Shown here piece after piece: positions 1 to 7,446 of a stretch of 64,000 nucleotides of DNA. Position numbers and translations under genes: made by a program. This stretch comes from Spirochaetes bacterium GWF1_51_8 (GTDB lineage: Bacteria; Spirochaetota; Brevinematia; Brevinematales; GWF1-51-8). The stretch spans positions 45,041 through 109,040 of the forward strand of contig MIBE01000070.1 in assembly GCA_001829415.1 (NCBI GenBank), written 5' to 3'. Every line of letters begins with the position of its first letter. Position 1 is the first letter of the stretch. The notes beneath the pieces are model-generated. The model made no database searches, was not told the DNA's origin, and was given only the letters and a program-made list of their open reading frames with translations.

Positions 1-1
1 G

Positions 2-592
2 CTCGAGGTGATGGAAGAAAGCCAGGTGACGATCGAGGGAAAGCGTTATGTGATGGAGCCGCCGTATATGGTGCTCGCGACGCAGAACCCGGTGGAGTTC
101 GAGGGCACGTACCCGTTACCCGAGGCCCAGCTCGACCGTTTCCTCATGAAGATCGCGGTGGAGTATCCGGAGAAGGAGATCGAGACCGATGTCCTGAAGA
201 AATTCCGCGACGGGTTCGACTCGAAGGAACTCGACAAGATCAAGTTCGAGAGTATCGATAAAAAGAAGCTCGCCGAATGCCGGAAGGAGTTTTCGAAGGT
301 GCGCGTGGACGACTCGCTCATGGACTACATCATGAACATCGTGCGCTCGACCCGCGAGAACCCGTCGATCCTGCTCGGGGCGAGTACCCGCGCGGGGCTG
401 GCGTTAATGAACATCTCGCGGTACAAGGCCGGGATGGACAACCGCGACTATGTCATCCCCGACGACGTCAAGGCCGCCGCGCAGCCGGTGCTCCGCCACA
501 GGATCATTCTGCAGGCCGACGCCGAGATCGAAGGATATAAGACGGACGACGTGGTCAGAAATATTATAGAAAACGTGAAGGTGCCCAGATGA
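2..592 (+). CDS. MoxR-family AAA+ ATPase, C-terminal part (5' end outside window)
   Basis: Frame is open to the window edge. 'VLATQNPVEFEGTYPLPEAQLDRF' and 'GASTRAGLAL' match the MoxR/AAA_3 core. Stop overlaps the next start (ATGA at 589-592). Confidence 0.85.
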   Translation, partial: LEVMEESQVTIEGKRYVMEPPYMVLATQNPVEFEGTYPLPEAQLDRFLMKIAVEYPEKEIETDVLKKFRDGFDSKELDKIKFESIDKKKLAECRKEFSKVRVDDSLMDYIMNIVRSTRENPSILLGASTRAGLALMNISRYKAGMDNRDYVIPDDVKAAAQPVLRHRIILQADAEIEGYKTDDVVRNIIENVKVPR

Positions 593-1869
593 TCGTTCCC
601 CGCAGGCGCTTTTTTATCCTGCTCGCGATAGGTTTTGCGTTCTCGCTTTTAGGCTTTATCAGCCCCGCGGCCGGGGGATTGCAGTATCTGTATTATCTCG
701 CGCTCATGATCGCGGCGGGGATCGATATCGCGATGATCCCGAGGAAAAAGGACTTTTCGGTCAAACGGACGCACGAGAAGTACCTGTCTATCGGCGCGTA
801 CAATCCGATCCGTTTCAGCGTGACGAACAGGAGCGCATACAGGGGCGATATCGAGATCCGCGACGAGTACCCCGACGAGATGGAGACTATCGACGACCGG
901 ATCGTCTTCCCGAGCGCGCCGATGTCGGTGATATCCGCGTCGTATACGCTGAGGCCGCTCAAGAAGGGCGACTATTCCTTCCCGGGCGCGCAGATGCGTG
1001 TTTCCGGCAGGATGGGGCTGATCGCCCGCCAGTACCGTTACGAACTCCCCACCGAGTTCAAGGTCTACCCGAATATCCTCGAGCTGCGGAAGTACCTCAT
1101 GATGTTCCGGATGAACCGCCTCGAACAGATCGGATACAAGCGCCCGGTGCACGGCGGGGAAAACGAGTTCGACTTTCTGCGCGAGTTTCTCCCCGGCGAC
1201 AACTACCGTAAGATTAACTGGAAGGCCACCGCGAAGCACCGTTACCCGATCATCGAGGTGGACGAGAAGGAGTACAACCGCAACGTGTTCACATTAATCG
1301 ACTCGGGGCGCATGATGACGACCCGTTACGGCGACCTGACCAAGCTCGACTACGCGGTGGACGCGTCGCTGATCCTCGCGGGAGCGGCGTCGAGGAAGAA
1401 GGACTTCTTCGGGCTTCTCACCTTTTCGGATAAAATCCATACCTATATCAAACCCAGCCGGAAGAACCGTGTGCTGAACGAGGTGCTCGGGGTGCTGTAC
1501 AAGGTCGAGCCGGACTATCTCCGCACCGACTATATCGCGGCATACCGTTACCTGATGCACCGCCTGCGGAAAAACTCGATCATCTTCATCTTTTCCGAAC
1601 TCTACGACCGGATTGTCTCGAAGGACCTGATCCGGCTTCTCCAGCTACTGTCCGATCACCACCAGATTTACTTCGTGAGCTTCGAGGAATCCGAGGAAAC
1701 GGCGCGGGGTACGACTCTTGACGAGATCGCGAGACGGGTGATGCAGGAAGAGCAGACTGTCGAAAAGGAGTCTGTGGTGAAGGAACTGTCCAAGACCGGG
1801 ATCAAGACGATCCGTGTGAACGCCGGGAACATCAAGCAGAAAGTGGTGAACACGTACCTGTCGCTTTAA
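589..1869 (+). CDS. DUF58-family protein (usual MoxR partner)
   Basis: 426 aa with two N-terminal TM helices and the DUF58 signature 'FDFLREFLPGDNYRKINWKATAK'. Translationally coupled to the MoxR gene. Confidence 0.85.
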   Translation: MIVPRRRFFILLAIGFAFSLLGFISPAAGGLQYLYYLALMIAAGIDIAMIPRKKDFSVKRTHEKYLSIGAYNPIRFSVTNRSAYRGDIEIRDEYPDEMETIDDRIVFPSAPMSVISASYTLRPLKKGDYSFPGAQMRVSGRMGLIARQYRYELPTEFKVYPNILELRKYLMMFRMNRLEQIGYKRPVHGGENEFDFLREFLPGDNYRKINWKATAKHRYPIIEVDEKEYNRNVFTLIDSGRMMTTRYGDLTKLDYAVDASLILAGAASRKKDFFGLLTFSDKIHTYIKPSRKNRVLNEVLGVLYKVEPDYLRTDYIAAYRYLMHRLRKNSIIFIFSELYDRIVSKDLIRLLQLLSDHHQIYFVSFEESEETARGTTLDEIARRVMQEEQTVEKESVVKELSKTGIKTIRVNAGNIKQKVVNTYLSL

Positions 1870-2001
1870 ACCTCTCAATATACAAGCCAAGTCATGTCGA
1901 GGGAAGTATGAAGGAATAAGTCTTTCCTCAACACTCAACCTTTAGGAAAAAACTATAAAAGAAAACTATCGCTTATATATATGTGTTATTATACACATAA
2001 T

Positions 2002-2030
2002 TTGACATACTTAGAATTTTATGTTATATT
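2002..2030 (+). promoter_or_regulatory. sigma70-type promoter of the Phd/RelE module
   Basis: TTGACA (2002-2007), 17 nt, TATATT (2025-2030). A 7-bp inverted repeat tatgtgt/acacata (1980-1999) abuts the -35 and could be an operator. Confidence 0.55.
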
Positions 2031-2112
2031 TTATGTAATGTGTAGAAAGGAAATTTAATAGCAAGAGGTCACTATTAATTTTCCTAAAAATATATATTTT
2101 TAGGAGGTTATC

Positions 2113-2424
2113 ATGAAGACTACTTCCGCGAGTTTGCGGATGAATGAGATGATTTCGGTTACCGAGATCGTACGTGGTTTTCCCCGGATTTTAGACAAGA
2201 TCAGGGATCATGAGATTAATAGGGTTTTTGTTTTACGGAACAATAAGCCCGAAGCCGTATTAATCTCTCCTGAGGAATACGAGGAAATAATCGAGTTACG
2301 GGAAGAGTTAGAGATCGCTAAAATCGTAAAGGAGCGGCTGAGTGATAAGGAAGTAAAATATATTTCTCAAGAGGAAGCCCTCAAGAAAAGCGGATTAACT
2401 CTGGAGGATATAAATAAAGTCTGA
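2113..2424 (+). CDS. Phd/YefM-family antitoxin
   Basis: 103 aa. 'ISVTEIVRGFPRILDKIRD...VFVLRNNKPEAVLISPEEYEEI' is typical of Phd/YefM. GGAGG RBS, AT-rich context, toxin gene 8 nt downstream. Confidence 0.8.
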   Translation: MKTTSASLRMNEMISVTEIVRGFPRILDKIRDHEINRVFVLRNNKPEAVLISPEEYEEIIELREELEIAKIVKERLSDKEVKYISQEEALKKSGLTLEDINKV

Positions 2425-2432
2425 GGAGGACA

Positions 2433-2732
2433 ATGATGTCCTTTCAAATTAAATACCACCCAAAAGCATGGGAAGAAGTTGACGCATTAGAAGGAGGACA
2501 GAAGAAAAAAGTATACAAACAGATAATAAAACTTAGTACGACCCCTGAGTTGGGGAAGCCATTGAGAGCTTTACAGGGAAATGATTTGTCGGATTGCCGA
2601 ACTATGTACGCGGATAATAAACGCATCAGAATTGTATATCGTCTCGTGGAGGGGACTCCGGATGTTTTTATTATTGCAATCGGTAAAAGAGACGATTTTG
2701 ATGTTTATAAGAAAGCAGTAAAAAGGTTATGA
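2433..2732 (+). CDS. RelE/ParE-family toxin
   Basis: 99 aa. 'YHPKAWEEVDAL...RIRIVYRLVEGTPDVFIIAIGKRDD' fits the RelE/StbE fold pattern. GAGGAGG RBS and paired with the upstream antitoxin. Confidence 0.8.
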   Translation: MMSFQIKYHPKAWEEVDALEGGQKKKVYKQIIKLSTTPELGKPLRALQGNDLSDCRTMYADNKRIRIVYRLVEGTPDVFIIAIGKRDDFDVYKKAVKRL

Positions 2733-2911
2733 CTAATACTATGGGGTGTAAGTGATAATCACATATCATCTCTATTTAAAAACATCCACGCAAGGTGTTT
2801 TGGTTATACTTCAATTCAACTATTATCGAATGAAGCCCAATTGATTCCCTTGCTATAAATTATCCGGAAACCAAGTTTGTCGAATTATGCGGGAATATAT
2901 TTCTCCCAACA

Positions 2912-3910
2912 TTAGGCTTCCGCGAGAATAGCCTCGTTCTTGGAATCTTCGTTCTTCCGTTTCCACACAAACCCGATCAGGAAATAGCTGAGTATGAACA
3001 CTGTGTTGACCGCCGCGATCAGCACCCGTATTCCGATCTCCACCTTCATCGGCGTAATCAGCCCCTCGATCAGGCCGGAGATGAAGAGAAGGAACACGAC
3101 TCCGGCGAGCGCCCGAAACGCGTCGCGCGAATGCTCCTTCAGACGGTACTTTCGGGGAAGCCGGCCGGGCAGAAGGATCGCCGCTCCGATATACAACCCC
3201 GCCCCGCCCGCGATGATGATCGCCGGGAGTTCGATCGAGCCGTGTATCATGATGAGGGAGATAAAGTCGTCGAAACTGCCGTTAAGGAAATAGAACGCCG
3301 AAAGCGCACCCAGCATGAAACCGTTGGACGCGAGGATATACAATGTGCCGATGCCGAGGGTGATCCCCAGCACGAAACAATAGATCGAAACACGGCTATT
3401 GTTGTACCAGATGAAAAAAGAGACCGAGACACGGTCTTCCTCGGGGATATCGTCGAAATTCCCGAACTGCTTCTTGTTCTCGAGGTCGTAGCGCGCCATC
3501 TGGTAGGTCGACGGGTCGAGGAAGATTTCCGCGAGTTTGATGTTGTTGACGGTCATGAAAAACGATACTAGGCCTGAGCCGATAAAAATTCCCGCTGCGA
3601 TCAGGATCGGGATTCCGAGGCGGGCGAGAGTCGCCGGGAATGTCTTGAACAGGAATTGCAGGAAACGCTGGAAACGGGATTTTTGCGGACGGTAGAACAG
3701 CATATGGCATTCCCGCACAAGCTGGTTGAGGTAGAGCGCGGTTTGGTGATCGGGAAACTCGGTCTGCGCGAACGACAGGTGCTCGGTCGCGGTGCGGTAA
3801 AGCCCGCCCAGTTCCCTGGTCTCCTCGAACGAGCGTCGACGCTTCTTCAGGAGCTCGGAAAGCCTGCTCCATGTGTCCCGGTTCTTCGCGGTAAATTCCT
3901 GCACATTCAT
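2912..3910 (-). CDS. SpoIIM-like / DUF95 polytopic membrane protein
   Basis: 332 aa. 'NNSRVSIYCFVLGITLGIGTLYILASNGFMLGA...IHGSIELPAIIIAGGAGLYIG' matches the SpoIIM/DUF95 core. Confidence 0.75.
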   Translation of the reverse strand: MNVQEFTAKNRDTWSRLSELLKKRRRSFEETRELGGLYRTATEHLSFAQTEFPDHQTALYLNQLVRECHMLFYRPQKSRFQRFLQFLFKTFPATLARLGIPILIAAGIFIGSGLVSFFMTVNNIKLAEIFLDPSTYQMARYDLENKKQFGNFDDIPEEDRVSVSFFIWYNNSRVSIYCFVLGITLGIGTLYILASNGFMLGALSAFYFLNGSFDDFISLIMIHGSIELPAIIIAGGAGLYIGAAILLPGRLPRKYRLKEHSRDAFRALAGVVFLLFISGLIEGLITPMKVEIGIRVLIAAVNTVFILSYFLIGFVWKRKNEDSKNEAILAEA

Positions 3911-3927
3911 AAAATACTCCGCATTGT

Positions 3928-4349
3928 TTATCTGAATGGATTCACGATTGTTAATTCATCATCGAAGACCATTTCGTTCTGAAGGTCTTCGGTATAAAGC
4001 ATTTCACATCCGCACGAAAGAGAAGATGAAATTATCAGCGAATCCCAATATGATATATTCGAGCGTGAACGAATCTCCAGAGCTTTTAAATATCATTGCG
4101 GGTAACTGAGTGAATATGATTTTCAGGTATTAACAAAATGAACTCAATCAGACTTTTTTCATTGAGCGGAGGCTGCATCTTTTTTATACAGATGTTACAG
4201 AACTCGGAAATTACCTGGGTACTGACAAAACAGTATTCCGATTCGAATAGCTCTTTTAATAGGCTTTTCGAGATTTCCTGTTTTTCGGGATTTCCGTTAT
4301 CAAAGGAATACACTAAAATGTTTGTATCGAGGAAGCATCTACCTTTCAT
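3928..4349 (-). pseudogene. vapC: PIN-domain VapC toxin interrupted by a single frameshift
   Basis: The N-terminal part (4349 down to 4086, 'MKGRCFLDTNILVYSF...') ends at TAA 4086-4088. The PIN C-terminal part ('KALEIRSRSNISYWDSLIISSSLSCGCEMLYTEDLQNEMVFDDELTIVNPFR') continues in another frame to the stop at 3928-3930. The shift lies in the t/a run 4084-4090. All four PIN acidic positions are retained. Confidence 0.75.
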
Positions 4350-4536
4350 GAAGTTCATCTCTTGTCCAGCGCGCGACACTACCTTTATACCCCTCGATGA
4401 TCCTCAGGGCGTGCGAAAAACTTGATTTTTCGATGTTTTCAATAGGTAATTGAATTTCTATTTCTATGCGGATTTTAGGAAGGTCTTTTTCCTGTAGTTC
4501 GATTTTTCCATTTTCGTAAATTCCATGCAGAATCAT
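4339..4536 (-). CDS. Small antitoxin-like protein (DUF104/VapB-like) upstream of vapC
   Basis: 'MILHGIYENGKIELQEKDLP...' resembles DUF104-type antitoxins. GGAGA RBS precedes the ATG at 4536. Its stop overlaps the vapC start by 11 nt. Confidence 0.6.
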   Translation of the reverse strand: MILHGIYENGKIELQEKDLPKIRIEIEIQLPIENIEKSSFSHALRIIEGYKGSVARWTRDELHER

Positions 4537-4554
4537 TTTATTTCTCCAAAACAT

Positions 4555-5192
4555 TTATTCTTTCTTATATATTTTACTACAAAACAATTAAAAGGCAAGA
4601 AAATAGAAATGAATATTGATCGGGGGAATGGGTTTCTACCCCTCGATGCTTTGACTTCGTAGGGCGCATGGCATTAAGCGGTCTCCCCTTCCGCGAGAAT
4701 ATGTGACGAATAAGGGATTCTTTTCTATACCCCAATAGCGCGCGGATTTCACGGATTTTATAGATTGACACGGATCGGAGCCGGCCGCGCACGGTGACCG
4801 CCGGGAAATACAAATGCAGTTCGCACGGAGCACCCCTCGATTTACTCGGGGCAGGCGCGGAGAAATAAGCAGGGATGTTTATTCAAGAGAGATCATCATA
4901 CTCCCATAGCTATACTTGCCATCATATGTTATGAAATTGACATTAAAACCACGATGCCGTGAAAGTAAAACGGTATCTTTCATCAGATGTTCATGGTATA
5001 ACCTCTGCGTACTCTATGTGAAATTTTCTATTCGTCGATAGTCTCAACTCGCGTTCATTCGCGGATCGATCAATCGTGATTTATCCCGTTTCGCATCCGT
5101 TAGAACCGTGGAACTATCGCCGCGTCGGCCGAGGGATGCCGCGGAATACACAGTGAAAAGGTGTTTTGAAATCTAAAATGAATCAGAAAATA
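4555..5192. repeat. Intergenic patchwork of short repeat modules (no credible CDS)
   Basis: 4729-4748 is the perfect reverse complement of 23434-23453. 4817-4860 matches 23096-23139 at 41/44. 5004-5070 matches 23183-23260 at about 80%. Confidence 0.75.
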
Positions 5193-5222
5193 TTTTCGGG
5201 GCGGCGGAAACCGCCCCGATTT
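5193..5222 (-). terminator. Hairpin downstream of the lipoprotein gene (possible bidirectional terminator)
   Basis: 8-bp GC stem cggggcgg/ccgccccg (5197-5204 / 5211-5218) with A/T-rich flanks. The U-tract is imperfect. Confidence 0.45.
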
Positions 5223-5235
5223 GGATATAGCATAC

Positions 5236-5940
5236 CTAAAAAGCTGAATTTACATAGTACAGGAGATCGCTGAGCTTTTTTGCAAGCACGGTAACCTTGG
5301 ACGGCACCTCGGCAAGTTTCGCCGCGGCGTCCGTAAGCGCGCCAGCCGCTTTCGGGGCGTTCAACGCATCTAAACCGGTGAAATCCTTCGGCGCGCTTTG
5401 CGCGAGCGCATTACAATCCTTTGCAAGCTGTACGCTGGTTTTACCCGCGGCGGTAACTTCTTCCGCGGCCGATGGCAGAGCCTTGATTACTTTTTCGAAT
5501 GCGTCGATTTTGGATTGAATTTCAGCGGGGATTTCCACGCTTGCAGCCGGGTTCACTTTAAATTTCGCCTTTCCACCCTCGGCGTAGATCTCGAGCTTCA
5601 GGGAAACGGAAACTTCCGCGCTTTTAAGTGAATCGACGAACGCCGCCAGGGCAGATTCAGGATCGCTGATTGCGGCTTTGGTATCCCCAATAATCATTTT
5701 CAGGTTAGAGGTGAAGTCGTCCACATCTGCGGCGGCCTTTACCAATAATTCGTTGATATCGTTCGCCTTTCGAAGTGTATCGTCATACTTCGCATATTTG
5801 TCCCCGAACTGGTTCTCGTATACCTTCGGGACATATACCTTCACCTGAACCTCCGCCTTAACAGAGGCACTCCCCCCGCCGCAGGAAAGTAACATCGTCG
5901 CGGCGATCATACACCACAGGAAACGAATTTTGCTTTTCAT
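5236..5940 (-). CDS. Ala-rich helical lipoprotein, function unknown
   Basis: Signal peptide with lipobox 'ATMLLSCGGG'. GGAGG RBS 4 nt upstream of the ATG. Confidence 0.75.
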   Translation of the reverse strand: MKSKIRFLWCMIAATMLLSCGGGSASVKAEVQVKVYVPKVYENQFGDKYAKYDDTLRKANDINELLVKAAADVDDFTSNLKMIIGDTKAAISDPESALAAFVDSLKSAEVSVSLKLEIYAEGGKAKFKVNPAASVEIPAEIQSKIDAFEKVIKALPSAAEEVTAAGKTSVQLAKDCNALAQSAPKDFTGLDALNAPKAAGALTDAAAKLAEVPSKVTVLAKKLSDLLYYVNSAF

Positions 5941-6184
5941 ACAGCCTCCTCAAATATTTTAAATACCTTTCCGAATGATTCTATCCTCCTATTTTTCAAA
6001 TATTTAATGAAGTTTTACCCTGTCAACAATAGGCGAATACCGTATTTTTGTCAATGTTTTACACTACTTTTTACATACTTTTTACGATACGTTGAGCAAT
6101 ATTTTCAACATAGCCCGGAAGGACATTGTACGGATTCGCGCGGAATACACGGATACTGCGGATTTGCCCGGATACGCCTCGAAA

Positions 6185-6248
6185 AGCTCATGCTTCGGCA
6201 CGCTCATGCTTCGGCAAGCTCATGCTTCGGCAAGCTCAGCATGACGGA
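6185..6248. repeat. 16-nt tandem repeat (3 copies plus 1 degenerate)
   Basis: Units are agctcatgcttcggca / cgctcatgcttcggca / agctcatgcttcggca / agctcagcatgacgga. It runs into a 'catcccgagcacttgtcccg' module. Confidence 0.85.
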
Positions 6249-6431
6249 ATGTCATCCCGAGCACTTGTCCCGCGTTTCTCCCGGCATGCCGAGGGGTTCC
6301 CCGCCGAGCCCTCTGTGCGGAATTGCCTAATAAGCGCCCATCCGTGTAAATCGGTACACAGCTTCGTGGTGCCCGGCTTCTGGGTATAATAAAACTAAAC
6401 GGTCATCGAGCGCGGCCGAGATGCCCGCCAT

Positions 6432-6460
6432 TTGCCTTAAACCTATTTAATTGGTATAAT
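6432..6460 (+). promoter_or_regulatory. sigma70-type promoter of the CDF transporter gene
   Basis: TTGCCT (6432-6437), 17 nt, TATAAT (6455-6460), 15 nt upstream of the ATG region with an AGGAAGGA RBS. Confidence 0.6.
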
Positions 6461-6475
6461 CAATAGGAAGGAAAA

Positions 6476-7435
6476 ATGAACCTTAAAAGAATTGTTCTTG
6501 TAATCATACTCAATATCCTCATCGTGGCGGCTGAGATCATTTTCGGCGTCATAGGCAACTCGATGGGGCTTGTTTCCGACGCATTGCATAACCTGAGCGA
6601 CGTAATCGCCCTTGTCATTTCGCTGATCGCGGTGAAATTCGCGCAGCGTGAGGCAAATGAAAATATGACCTACGGGTATATCCGTTCCGAGATGATGGCG
6701 GGGTTTGTCAACTCGCTCTTTCTTGTGGCGGCGATGATCTATATTTCGGTCGAGTCGATCGGCAAGCTCATGCACCCGGAGAAGGTCGAAGGGATGACGA
6801 TGATGATCGTCGCGGGTATCGCCGTGATCGCAAACAGCCTTTCAGTGCTGATCCTGCGCAAGGCCGGTATCGGCCATACCCACCATCACCGCGAGCACGA
6901 ACATAAAGATGAGCATACACACGAACACGGCATCGATTACGAGCATGAGCATGAAGAACACGCACCCGACCTGAATACCCGCGCGATGATCCTGCACCTG
7001 ATGAGCGACGTATTGATCTCGCTGGCCGTGATCGCGGGAGGGACGGCGATCCATTTCCTCGGCATCATGTGGATCGACCCGCTGCTCTCTCTGGCATTCG
7101 CGGCGTATATTATCCTGAAAGCGATCGGCGTGTTCCGTTCGGCATTCTTCAGCCTGATGGACCGGACGAGCCGGGATGTCAAGGACATAGTCGCGTGCCT
7201 GGAATCGTTCCATGAGATAAAAAACGTCCATAGCGTGCATCTCACCGAGCCGTCGTCGAAGGACATCTTCTTCTCGGCGCATATCGTTATCGACGCTTGT
7301 ATGGCGATGCGGGAAGTGGAGGGATTGATCGAACGGGTGAAGGACGAGCTGAAGAAGAAGGGTATCACTCATGTCATCCTCCAGCCCGAAACCGATAAAT
7401 ACTCCCGGGACAGCCTGATTTGCGACGGCCATTGA
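6476..7435 (+). CDS. Cation diffusion facilitator (CzcD/ZitB-like) metal exporter
   Basis: 319 aa and six TM segments, with 'HNLSDVIALVISL' and 'LHLMSDVLISLAVI' motifs. His-rich loop 'GHTHHHREHEHKDEHTHEHGIDYEHEHEEH'. Confidence 0.9.
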   Translation: MNLKRIVLVIILNILIVAAEIIFGVIGNSMGLVSDALHNLSDVIALVISLIAVKFAQREANENMTYGYIRSEMMAGFVNSLFLVAAMIYISVESIGKLMHPEKVEGMTMMIVAGIAVIANSLSVLILRKAGIGHTHHHREHEHKDEHTHEHGIDYEHEHEEHAPDLNTRAMILHLMSDVLISLAVIAGGTAIHFLGIMWIDPLLSLAFAAYIILKAIGVFRSAFFSLMDRTSRDVKDIVACLESFHEIKNVHSVHLTEPSSKDIFFSAHIVIDACMAMREVEGLIERVKDELKKKGITHVILQPETDKYSRDSLICDGH

Positions 7436-7446
7436 GCGGGGACGGA

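Noticed and set aside
4086-4088. Stop-codon reassignment or readthrough as the explanation for the interrupted PIN gene
   Set aside because: The downstream homologous sequence is in a different frame, so a frameshift and not readthrough is required. No other gene in the window shows in-frame stops, so the standard code fits.
1870-4555. Prophage or integrative island around the two TA modules
   Set aside because: There are no integrase, phage structural or conjugation genes, no flanking tRNA and no boundary repeats. Only small AT-rich TA insertions are present.
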